Source: a virus. Taken from it: a DNA stretch of 64,000 nt. Below are positions 28,392 through 38,020 of the stretch, in pieces. Location of the stretch: IMG/VR virus record IMGVR_UViG_3300030060_004796, positions 1 through 64,000 of that record. One strand, written 5' to 3'. Position 1 is the first letter of the stretch. Each line of letters begins with the position of its first letter. The notes under the pieces are model-generated. The model was not told the origin of the DNA, did no database searches, and was given only the letters and a program-made list of their open reading frames with translations. A program made the translations under genes and the position numbers.

Positions 28392-31300
28392 ATGTTTTAT
28401 TATAACAATCCATATATTAAAGGTTTTGAACACGGTGGTGAGCACTGGATGAATGTACTTGGTGAAGAAGTTGATCCATCTGACATAACTACTGATGGAA
28501 TTTACTTTAAAACTGATGCTGATGGTATGCAATCTAAACATGTATATTCAAGAGGTGCATGGCAACAAGGAACAGGTCCTAGTAGTAGTAATAATAACAA
28601 TAATAATACTCAAAACAATCCTCCCAATAATACACAAAGTAATACACAAAGTAATACACAAAGTAATACACCAACTGAAACAGAAGAAGGAGTTTATGCT
28701 GATCATGATGATGCTTATGATTATAAAGTAATTGATGGTGTTTGGTACACAAGAAAAAAAGGATCAACAGAAGAATGGATTAGTTTAGCTGAAAATGAAG
28801 AAGCTACAAATAAATTAAATTCAGCATATCCAGAAGCAATAAGTACAGACAATGCTACAAATGATGACGAAAAAACAGATGATGATATTGTAGAAGAAGC
28901 AAATAAAAATATTGAAGGAGATAATAATGCTGTATATTATGATGGAGAATTTAGATCTCCTGAAGAAGCTAATTTATTATCTGGTGTAGGTGACACAGGT
29001 TTATTTGATTTAGTAAAGGCTATAGATACAACTTACGATAGCTTTAAGGATGAAAACTATTATGATCCAGGAACAAGAATGGATTATATGAAAATAGATT
29101 TTAAAAATACATCAGGTGAAGGGTTGTATTTTGATGAAGAAAGATTTTCTAAAAATCCTAATAAACCAGGTAGTTTTTTAATAGATGAAGAGCAGGCACA
29201 AGAACAGGACATGCAGCAGTTTCTTGATGATAGACACAAAAGAAATCCAAAATTATATTCTAAAGTAAAAGATTTTGACATAGATCTATATAACAAGACA
29301 GGACACCTAGACTATAGAAAAGGATTATTTAACAGAAAGCATGAAGGATTCTTAGGAGATCAATTAGAAAATAAATATGGAGACGCTTCACATATAGGTT
29401 GGACAATGGATAAAATGGGTAACTATGAAGATGCATTTGATTACTTAACACAAAATCCTGATGACCCAACTAAATTTAATCAACAAGATTTTGATGATGG
29501 ATTTGGAGGTATACCATTTGATCCTAACAACCCTTTAAATTATGACTTAAGTGATGAGTATAGAAATAGTCCAAAACATAATCCATATATAGAATATGGT
29601 GATCATGATAATCCTAATATAATTCAAAACAAAATGGGAGATGGAAGGTATAGTAAAGTGCCACAGTTTCCACTTACACCAGAATCTCCTGACTTTATTC
29701 AACCAGATCCTAAATCAGATCCAGATCCAGATATTGAATCAGATTTAAATATTAAAAGTGCAGAAGATATTGCTGCAGAAGAAGAAGCAAAAAAACTAAA
29801 AGAACAACAGTTAGACTATATAGAAGAACAATTAAGAAAGTCACAGAAAAAACAATATGGTGGTATGTTTCAAAATGGAAGTGGTAGTTGGTTAGATAAC
29901 TTTAGTACAGAAAACATAATTAAACGTTTTTCTCCAAACACTCATAAAAAAATAAAAAATGTAGAAAGTCAGTATGAAGGATATAGTAATCCAGATGCAA
30001 ACCGTATTTTAAATATGTTTCTAGGAAATGATGCAAACTATGAATTGCAAAATGTAGATGCATATAATTTAGATGCTGATATAGTAAATACTAATACAGG
30101 TAAAGTAGATGAAAAATTAACAAACTTTGCAATGAGAAATATTGGTAATGCAAAAGATTTAAATAATATTTATCAAGATTATAATTTAGATAATGCTAAT
30201 TCAGTATGGGATTGGGCTAACCCTTTCTTTTTCAATGATGATGCATCAGACAATAGAGAAACACTTTATGATGTAGCAACTGATATTTATAAAACATATC
30301 CTAATGAAGTAAACAGACATTGGGTAAATTTGAGAGACAAAACATTACAACAAGTAGATGATGCATGGGTAGAAGGAAGAGATAATGTTGTTAATACAGT
30401 AGATGATGCTTGGGTAAATACAAGAGATACTGTATCAAATACAGCAAAAGATGTTTGGAATTGGGCCACTGATTGGCAAGATGGTGGTGAACCAACATAT
30501 CAAGTAGAGGTTATTAAATACCCTCTTGGTTATAAAAATATGCCACCAGGTCACATTGAATCAAGAATATTAAATCCAGATAGTTTACCAGAAAAATACA
30601 AAAAATTAGATAAAGATGGTGATCCAATTTATAAACCATATTTAAATGCTTGGATTAGTGGAAATAAAAAAGTAAGATATAATGCAGATGATGATTATAC
30701 ATCTGGTATACAAACACTTATCTTAAATCTAAATGAATCAGATTTAAAAAAATATATGAATACAGCTCAACAAAGTTCAAGGGGTGAAAGTATAGATACA
30801 TGGTTTGGAAGTATACCAACAGCATGGGGTGGAGGTCCAGGTGACTATGATTTTATAACTAATAATTGTGCAGATCAAACGTGTACAGCATTTGGATTAA
30901 ATGAGTCTGCATATACAATGGGAGGAATAACAACACCACAACAAGTATTTGATGCACTTCAGGAGGATCCAAGATTATTGGCAGGATCAATAAAAGGAAA
31001 TCAAACAAATCTAGAAAGAGTGGGAAAAGGTATTCATGGTATTACAAATCTATATAAAGTACCATGGAATATGGGTAAACATTTAGTTAATAAAACTGGA
31101 GAAGGGATAGATTATATAGAAGATAATACAGATCTTCAATTTGACTGGGAAGGTGTTAAGAATATTCCTGACTATCATTATGATAATTGGATTCAACCAA
31201 CTGGTGAGTTTATAGAAGATACTTATGAAGATACTAAATCAGGTCTTAGAGATGTAGGAAATGCAATCAATAGTTTCTTTGGAGGTAGCAGTAGTTACTG

Positions 31301-32429
31301 GAAGCAGGGTGGAGAATTACCTAAGTATCAGTTTGCAGGTTCTCCCTTTAGTGTGCAAAATCAACAAGGTATTTTACAAGGAGCAAATACAGGATATGAT
31401 CTATATGGTAATCAAATAGAACCATTTAAGTTTGGTAATCTTTCAGTATCAAATCCTAACTTATCATTGACAAATTCAAACTTAACAACACCTCCTGAAA
31501 AGACTGAACCATTCTTTAACTCTGAGGATAGAATGTTTGCATATAATCAATCTGTAAATAGATCAATGGATGAATGGGATGCATTTACTGCAGATATGAA
31601 TGATAGAATACAAAACCCATCTTTAATCCAAACAGAAACAGATATACTACAAACTCCTTCATTAGAGATTGACCCTAATCTACAAAAAGATATGGAACTT
31701 AGATCAGATATGTTTGACCATAGGTTACAAAGAACTGATCCAGATGCATGGATGAGAAAAAAGAAAAAAGAAATGAGGGATAGTGAAAGAGAGTTTAAAA
31801 AGAATATGGAAGATCTAAGAGATGATATGCCTAAATATGAAGGTACAAGAAAGAATCTAAGAGATTATGAAAAAGCTAAAGAATTAGGTTTTGAAGATGA
31901 TTTCTCTGATCCGGATGATCCTAAGTTTATGATGGCAGAATATAAAGACTATCTTAAAAGTGAAGAAGAAGAAGATCTTAGAAGAGAGTTAAGAGAAGAT
32001 CAATTAAATGAAGATAACAAAGATAGAGGTATGTCATTTGGAGATAAAGCATGGGCAGGGTTTAATAGATTTATGGATAGTAAAGGTGTTCAAACATTTA
32101 GTAAAATTGGACAAGGTGCAGTAAGAATAGCTAAACCTTTAAATAGTATTATAGAAAATTACAGATCAGAACAGCAAAAAGATAGTATGATGAAAAATGC
32201 ATATCTATCAGACAATATGTTTGCAGCTAAAGATGCAGATATAACAGGAAGTAAAGGAGATTATGATGCTAACACAGGTATATTTAGACCAGATGATAAA
32301 GTAGTAGTTGGTCAAACTTATGCAATGCATGGTGGTGAGCATATATATAACAGAGGAGGAGAGATGGAAATAGATATGAATACATATAAACAATTAGTGG
32401 CCGCAGGGGCAGAAATAGAAATTATATAA
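28392..32429 (+). CDS. Internal cargo polyprotein containing a permuted papain-like Cys peptidase module
   Basis: Acidic, modular 1345 aa; 'PGHIES' (H 30552) precedes 'YDFITNNCAD' (C 30867); six GG linkers. Confidence 0.65.
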   Translation: MFYYNNPYIKGFEHGGEHWMNVLGEEVDPSDITTDGIYFKTDADGMQSKHVYSRGAWQQGTGPSSSNNNNNNTQNNPPNNTQSNTQSNTQSNTPTETEEGVYADHDDAYDYKVIDGVWYTRKKGSTEEWISLAENEEATNKLNSAYPEAISTDNATNDDEKTDDDIVEEANKNIEGDNNAVYYDGEFRSPEEANLLSGVGDTGLFDLVKAIDTTYDSFKDENYYDPGTRMDYMKIDFKNTSGEGLYFDEERFSKNPNKPGSFLIDEEQAQEQDMQQFLDDRHKRNPKLYSKVKDFDIDLYNKTGHLDYRKGLFNRKHEGFLGDQLENKYGDASHIGWTMDKMGNYEDAFDYLTQNPDDPTKFNQQDFDDGFGGIPFDPNNPLNYDLSDEYRNSPKHNPYIEYGDHDNPNIIQNKMGDGRYSKVPQFPLTPESPDFIQPDPKSDPDPDIESDLNIKSAEDIAAEEEAKKLKEQQLDYIEEQLRKSQKKQYGGMFQNGSGSWLDNFSTENIIKRFSPNTHKKIKNVESQYEGYSNPDANRILNMFLGNDANYELQNVDAYNLDADIVNTNTGKVDEKLTNFAMRNIGNAKDLNNIYQDYNLDNANSVWDWANPFFFNDDASDNRETLYDVATDIYKTYPNEVNRHWVNLRDKTLQQVDDAWVEGRDNVVNTVDDAWVNTRDTVSNTAKDVWNWATDWQDGGEPTYQVEVIKYPLGYKNMPPGHIESRILNPDSLPEKYKKLDKDGDPIYKPYLNAWISGNKKVRYNADDDYTSGIQTLILNLNESDLKKYMNTAQQSSRGESIDTWFGSIPTAWGGGPGDYDFITNNCADQTCTAFGLNESAYTMGGITTPQQVFDALQEDPRLLAGSIKGNQTNLERVGKGIHGITNLYKVPWNMGKHLVNKTGEGIDYIEDNTDLQFDWEGVKNIPDYHYDNWIQPTGEFIEDTYEDTKSGLRDVGNAINSFFGGSSSYWKQGGELPKYQFAGSPFSVQNQQGILQGANTGYDLYGNQIEPFKFGNLSVSNPNLSLTNSNLTTPPEKTEPFFNSEDRMFAYNQSVNRSMDEWDAFTADMNDRIQNPSLIQTETDILQTPSLEIDPNLQKDMELRSDMFDHRLQRTDPDAWMRKKKKEMRDSEREFKKNMEDLRDDMPKYEGTRKNLRDYEKAKELGFEDDFSDPDDPKFMMAEYKDYLKSEEEEDLRRELREDQLNEDNKDRGMSFGDKAWAGFNRFMDSKGVQTFSKIGQGAVRIAKPLNSIIENYRSEQQKDSMMKNAYLSDNMFAAKDADITGSKGDYDANTGIFRPDDKVVVGQTYAMHGGEHIYNRGGEMEIDMNTYKQLVAAGAEIEII
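28629..28670 (+). repeat. 12-bp tandem repeat aatacacaaagt x3.5 (NTQS)
   Basis: Directly visible in the sequence. Confidence 0.9.
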
Positions 32430-32432
32430 ATT

Positions 32433-35400
32433 ATGAAAGTAAAAATAAAAAAATTACCAAAAGGTTTTTCCATGCATGATGGAAAAGTGTACAAAGACGG
32501 GGGTACAACAGGTGATCAATTTAACTATGGTTTAGTGGGAGTTCCTTCAACAGGTTCTTCAAATGCTTCTAATCCATTTAGTTCAGTTAATTATTCTCTA
32601 AACCCTGTGCCTAGAGAAGAAGCAAACCTTGAAGCAGAAAAAGGTGAGACAGTATTAACAGATATGAACAATGATGGAAATTTTGAATTATACAACATCA
32701 CTGGTAATAGACATAGTAGTGGAGGTACCCCGTTAAACCTACCACCACAATCTTTTATTTATTCTGATACAACTTCAATGAAGTTAGATAAATTTGAGTT
32801 AGCAGAAATGGGATTAACTTCTCCAAAAAAAATTACCCCTGCTAAAGTTTCTCAAAACTTTCAATTAAATAATTTTATTGCATTACTAGATGATGATCAC
32901 ACTGATAATATAACAAGAGATACTGCAGAGTATATGTTATCAAAAAATAAAAAATCATTATCTCAATTAGCATTTTTACAAGAAGCAAAGAAAAAATTTG
33001 AAGATGGTGTTCCATTAGCTGCATATCCATATCTACAAGAGAAGGGATTAAATCCTTTAGAATTTTCTCAAAAAATTCAAAATATATCACAAAAGGAAGC
33101 AGAGCAACAGATGATGATGCAACTTCCTATTGAGCAACAAATAGAAATTTTAATGGCTAAAAGACAAGCTGCACAACAACAACAAGCTATGCAACAACAA
33201 CAAGCTATGCAGCAGCAAGGTATGGTACCACCAAGTCAAGGTGGTCAAATAGGAATGCAGGGTGAAAACATTCAAGCTGAAGCTATGATGCCTCAACAAG
33301 GAGGTATGCCACCAATGGCACCACCTCAAGGAATGATGCCTCCAATGCCACCTAATATGCAACCTAACATGCAGTCTAATATGCAACCAGCTATGGCTAG
33401 ACGTGGAGGTCAGCTATCTCACCTACTACCAAAAGCTCAAAACGGACTAACAGAATTTACAGCACAAGCTCCAATATATAATGCAGTTGGTGAGTGTGTT
33501 ATGAACTGTAGACAAATAAACGTTCAACCTGTAGCTGATTTTGAAATAGGTGCTGGTATGTCTGCAGGTAAAATAGGTGATGAGTTCACAGGCTCTGGAA
33601 AACTTACATCAGGTTTTTCATTTAATCCTAATATGGGACAAGGTGGTCTTGATGCTTATATTGGTGGTAACATAGGAGGAAGAGCAACATCTGTTAATCA
33701 AGATGATGTTACTTTAAGTCCATTTGCTAATCTAGTAGCACGTGGAGGATATTCTGGTCATTTACCTCCAGTTAATTTTAGAAATAGACAAGGCTTACCT
33801 TTTGGTCTGGGAGCTTTTTATAATAAAAGCTTAATGGGTAATGAAGGTAATGTTTTTGGAGGATACGGTCAGTTAGGTAACTTCAATATTACTGGAGGAT
33901 ATAATTTTGACACTAATAGCCCACAGTTTACTGCTGGTATTGGAATACCTATTAGACAAAAAGGTGGTGAAGATTTTGAACCACATATGATGTATGATCC
34001 AAAATCAGGAAAAGGTTTTATGGCAAACACTTATGAAGATCATTTACGTATGAAAGAAATGGGCTATCTTCATCAAGAAGAAATGAGAAATGGTGGGTCA
34101 TTACCTTCTTATCAAGATACAGGAGAAACTGGTAACTGGGAAGGTGATCTTTCTTTAAACTTTGGTGATACAAATAGACCAACAGTGTTTATGTCAGGAA
34201 GAAATATAACATCAAGTGGAACAGATGGTCAAACTGGATTTGGTGATATGAATGTTGATAAATACCGTGGTTGGAATTTTGGACTTAATCCTAATGCAGA
34301 AGGAAAAATGCCATGGGGTTGGTACGATCATGATACTGATACAAGGTTTACATCAGATATGGATTTAAGTCAGTATACATTTGACAGATCAAATACTAAG
34401 ATGAATTTTGATAGAAGTATGGGTATAAATAAATATTCTACAGATCCAGGAAATAGAAGTAGAATGTATGCAGAAGGTAGACTTGGTGCTGGATGGGGTG
34501 TAGGTAATGTTTGGGATAGAGTATTTCCTAATTCTCCAGATAATAATTTAATGGAGTCAAAACATGTTCATTATTTAAATCCTTATCTAAGTGGTGAGGC
34601 TGGTATAGATATTGGTCTTAATAAGGACAATGAATCATTAGGATTAAAAGGAACATATAATACAGGATGGAGTCCATATGGAAAAGGATTTGGTATAGGT
34701 GCTAATTTTAAATCAGACAACTTTGGAGTTAATATAGGAGTTGATGATCTATTTAGAGGTAATCAACCTCAGTTTGGTATGTCATATAATTTTAGAAAAG
34801 GTGGTCAACCATTGCGTAAAGCACAAGGAGGTATGGATATTAAGTATGATATATATAATAGAAATATGCTTAATAACGTAATACCAGCTGATAAAACAAG
34901 GGTTGCAGTAAAACCTCCTATATTACCTTTAATAAATAATGATCAACCTGTAATAGAACCTGGTACTCAAGGAAGTATTAATAGTCCTATTGTTCAGAAT
35001 ACTGAACAAATTTTGGACAATATGCAATCATCATATGAAAATCAGTTAGCTACTTATCAGGCAAATTATCAGAGTCTTATGAATCAATACCAGACTCAGA
35101 TGAATAGTATGATTCCTCCAGCAAGTCAACAAGCTAGTTTACTTGGAGCAACAAACTACCCTGATGAAAGTAAGATTGCAGTTTGGGAAACTCATATTGA
35201 GAATGGTGGACCACCACCAGAGAATCCAGATATTAATTATACAACAGCGTATAAGAATGTGTATAATAAAGATTTTGAACCTGAAGAAAAAAATGATAGA
35301 TCAAATAGACCTATTAATAATATAACAAATGTATATGATCAACAAGATCCAGATGCAGGAAATCAAAGTCAAGGCCCTCCAGGAATGGGATACCCAGGAA

Positions 35401-37961
35401 CAAACCTTCCTGCAGGAAATAATAATGATGACGGAACTATAGCTGGAAGAGCAAAAGGTTTACCACTTGATTACACAAATACAGATAACCCTTATTATGT
35501 AGGTGCTAATTGGATGTTCCAAAAAGGTGGAGATATAGATTTAGCTATCCAAGTAAAAAAAGACAAAGAACTTTTAGAAAACAGTTCATGGTGGAATGAT
35601 AATATTTGGGGTCCTACAAAAAATTACTGGAATAGAAGTAGTTGGGGTGATATGATAGGTGATGCAGGTGTTGGTATGATGGCAAAAATGATGCCTGCGA
35701 CATTAATTTCAAATTTTCTTCCTAATTATGCATTTAGTCCAACATATAGAGATTATGTAAATCCTATGATTGATGGTATTAAAGATGAGTTTGTAAAAGA
35801 TAAAGGTATAAGTAATTGGGAACTAATTGAAAAGCAAAAAGATTTTCCTGAACAAAAAAGAAGAGGTGGAGGACTACCTAAAGCTCAGTATAACTTTAAT
35901 ATGGATAATGTAGCTGCGTCAGATAGTACATATGTTAATATGCCAACTGTTGGTGCATATAATATACAAACTAAGCCTACATATGAAATAGGACAGAATT
36001 ATGAAGAGTTAGTAAGTGAATATAATCCTCTTGGTACCTATATGGGTGATATGAGTAGTTACAATGCAGGAACAATTGACAGAACTGATAAAGACAAACA
36101 AATGGATAAAATGGCAATGATGAATCCTGTATCAAGTATTGGTGTAGGATTAAATGCTATTTATGATGGATTGTTTGGTAGTCAATATGGAGGATCATTT
36201 GCAGGTGGTGGTGAGCTACCAATAGCTAAAAAAGGTATTGAATACAATGGTAAAACATACAGTAAAAGAGATCTAAAGAAATTAAAAAATAGTAAAGATC
36301 CTGTAAAGATAGATTTGTATAATAAAATCATGGGTATTGATACAAGAAATCAACAAGAAATAGCTAATGACCAAACACAGAACATCAACCAGATGCGTGA
36401 AAATATTGAAGGCTCAACTACTGTAACAGACTTAACAGGTGGTACAGGAGACTGGGGTGCTTGGTATATGCAAGATGGTCAATCTGAATATAGAGATCAA
36501 AGATATGAAGCATATAAAGCTAGACGTGAAAGTAAAGGTCTAGATGTATTAGATCCAGAAGAATTCCATAATGTATATGTAGAGTTCCAAAAACAAAATG
36601 CATGGCTTGAAGCAAATTTAACTCAAGAAGAAAGAAATGAGAAGAATTGGGATCAAAGTAGAACCTATGGTAAAAATAAAAGATACCAAGAATCTTTAGA
36701 CGGTTCAGGATTTACACCTTTATCTGATGACATGATTAGTCATGTTCAATCAGGATATATTGGAGGTGTTGCATTAAATAAAATGAACGAAGATAATCCA
36801 GATGGTAACATCACTAATTATATGCAAAGTGGTGTGGATGATCAAACTGTATTTGGAATGTCTATATCTCCAGAAGATGGTGTATTTGGTAATACAACTA
36901 ATGATCAAAGAGAAAGTATTTATACAGAAGAAGTTGTAGATCCACAACAGTGTGTTAATGCAGAAGCAATGCAAGCTGCTTGTACAGAAATTGGAGGTAC
37001 ATGGACACCATTTAATGAAGAAGATGGAACAGGTTGTAATTGTGATAAGCAAATTCCACCAGACAAGATTCCACCTCCTCCAGAAAAGAAGCAAACACCT
37101 TTCTGGTTACAAGATGAGCTAGGTTTAGCTAATGCAATGGATACTAAGATGAGTCTAAAGAAACGTTATCCTTGGGCTCCAACTTATGATCAACCTCAAA
37201 TTGATGGTGTATTTAAAGATCCAACAAGAGAAATTGCTGCAATTGGTGAACAGGCTGCTATAGCATCTGAAGCTGCAACAGCATTTGGTGGACCAAGGAG
37301 AGCTATGACTGCTGCTCTTGCTGCACAAGGTAAAGCTAGTACAGCAATTGCGGATGCTATAAATAGAGTTCAAAGTGACAATGTTACTATTGCTAATGAT
37401 ATTAATACTAAGAATGCTGAATTTGAATATAAAACTCAAATGTTAAATAACAATGAGTTAAAGCAATTATATGATAATACAGTATTAACTGAAGAGAACT
37501 ATGATAATGCACTTAGAAAAGCTAATGCAAATATTACAGCGCAATTACAGAATGCTTATACTAATAGAGCAAATACAGCTAATCTAAATAGTATTTATCC
37601 TCAGTTTAGAGTAACACCAGAAACAGGTGGTTTTGTTGAAATTACAGATCCTAAAGCATTTTATGCTAATCCTAATGATGCAATAGATCCTGCAACTTAT
37701 GATGAACAATATGTAAAAACTATTGAGATGCTTAGAAAGAATAACGTTCCTGAAGATCAATGGCCAAAGTATAACAACCCTGGTTTAAATAAAACAGGGA
37801 ATACTACTTGGGCTCAACAGAATGCAGGTGCTATCACTAATTCAGGGTATCAAGGAGGAGCTCCAACAGCATCTTACGGTAGAGAAACAAGAAAAAGAAA
37901 CAGAATACTTAAAAAAGGGGGACAATTAAGAAATTGGTTTTCTCCATTAAGGGGTGATTAA
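32433..37961 (+). CDS. Internal cargo polyprotein: conserved N-terminal domain, two beta-barrel-like modules, helical C-terminus
   Basis: N-terminal 'EAEKGETV...GNRHSSGGTP...SFIYSD' resembles crAss-like cargo proteins; two amphipathic beta-strand modules; ten GG linkers. Confidence 0.65.
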   Translation: MKVKIKKLPKGFSMHDGKVYKDGGTTGDQFNYGLVGVPSTGSSNASNPFSSVNYSLNPVPREEANLEAEKGETVLTDMNNDGNFELYNITGNRHSSGGTPLNLPPQSFIYSDTTSMKLDKFELAEMGLTSPKKITPAKVSQNFQLNNFIALLDDDHTDNITRDTAEYMLSKNKKSLSQLAFLQEAKKKFEDGVPLAAYPYLQEKGLNPLEFSQKIQNISQKEAEQQMMMQLPIEQQIEILMAKRQAAQQQQAMQQQQAMQQQGMVPPSQGGQIGMQGENIQAEAMMPQQGGMPPMAPPQGMMPPMPPNMQPNMQSNMQPAMARRGGQLSHLLPKAQNGLTEFTAQAPIYNAVGECVMNCRQINVQPVADFEIGAGMSAGKIGDEFTGSGKLTSGFSFNPNMGQGGLDAYIGGNIGGRATSVNQDDVTLSPFANLVARGGYSGHLPPVNFRNRQGLPFGLGAFYNKSLMGNEGNVFGGYGQLGNFNITGGYNFDTNSPQFTAGIGIPIRQKGGEDFEPHMMYDPKSGKGFMANTYEDHLRMKEMGYLHQEEMRNGGSLPSYQDTGETGNWEGDLSLNFGDTNRPTVFMSGRNITSSGTDGQTGFGDMNVDKYRGWNFGLNPNAEGKMPWGWYDHDTDTRFTSDMDLSQYTFDRSNTKMNFDRSMGINKYSTDPGNRSRMYAEGRLGAGWGVGNVWDRVFPNSPDNNLMESKHVHYLNPYLSGEAGIDIGLNKDNESLGLKGTYNTGWSPYGKGFGIGANFKSDNFGVNIGVDDLFRGNQPQFGMSYNFRKGGQPLRKAQGGMDIKYDIYNRNMLNNVIPADKTRVAVKPPILPLINNDQPVIEPGTQGSINSPIVQNTEQILDNMQSSYENQLATYQANYQSLMNQYQTQMNSMIPPASQQASLLGATNYPDESKIAVWETHIENGGPPPENPDINYTTAYKNVYNKDFEPEEKNDRSNRPINNITNVYDQQDPDAGNQSQGPPGMGYPGTNLPAGNNNDDGTIAGRAKGLPLDYTNTDNPYYVGANWMFQKGGDIDLAIQVKKDKELLENSSWWNDNIWGPTKNYWNRSSWGDMIGDAGVGMMAKMMPATLISNFLPNYAFSPTYRDYVNPMIDGIKDEFVKDKGISNWELIEKQKDFPEQKRRGGGLPKAQYNFNMDNVAASDSTYVNMPTVGAYNIQTKPTYEIGQNYEELVSEYNPLGTYMGDMSSYNAGTIDRTDKDKQMDKMAMMNPVSSIGVGLNAIYDGLFGSQYGGSFAGGGELPIAKKGIEYNGKTYSKRDLKKLKNSKDPVKIDLYNKIMGIDTRNQQEIANDQTQNINQMRENIEGSTTVTDLTGGTGDWGAWYMQDGQSEYRDQRYEAYKARRESKGLDVLDPEEFHNVYVEFQKQNAWLEANLTQEERNEKNWDQSRTYGKNKRYQESLDGSGFTPLSDDMISHVQSGYIGGVALNKMNEDNPDGNITNYMQSGVDDQTVFGMSISPEDGVFGNTTNDQRESIYTEEVVDPQQCVNAEAMQAACTEIGGTWTPFNEEDGTGCNCDKQIPPDKIPPPPEKKQTPFWLQDELGLANAMDTKMSLKKRYPWAPTYDQPQIDGVFKDPTREIAAIGEQAAIASEAATAFGGPRRAMTAALAAQGKASTAIADAINRVQSDNVTIANDINTKNAEFEYKTQMLNNNELKQLYDNTVLTEENYDNALRKANANITAQLQNAYTNRANTANLNSIYPQFRVTPETGGFVEITDPKAFYANPNDAIDPATYDEQYVKTIEMLRKNNVPEDQWPKYNNPGLNKTGNTTWAQQNAGAITNSGYQGGAPTASYGRETRKRNRILKKGGQLRNWFSPLRGD
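33102..33395 (+). repeat. Gln/Met/Pro low-complexity tract
   Basis: QQQQAMQQQQAMQQQGMVPP...PPMPPNMQPNMQSNMQP; the DNA repeat caacaacaacaagctatg occurs twice. Confidence 0.85.
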
Positions 37962-38008
37962 ACTTTAAAAGTGTACTGATATGATATTAACAAACTATAA
38001 AAATTTAT

Positions 38009-38016
38009 TATCTTTG
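38009..38016 (+). promoter_or_regulatory. Canonical Bacteroidota -7 element TATCTTTG
   Basis: Exact TAnnTTTG match ending 4 nt before the ATG at 38021. Confidence 0.6.
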
Positions 38017-38020
38017 TAAT

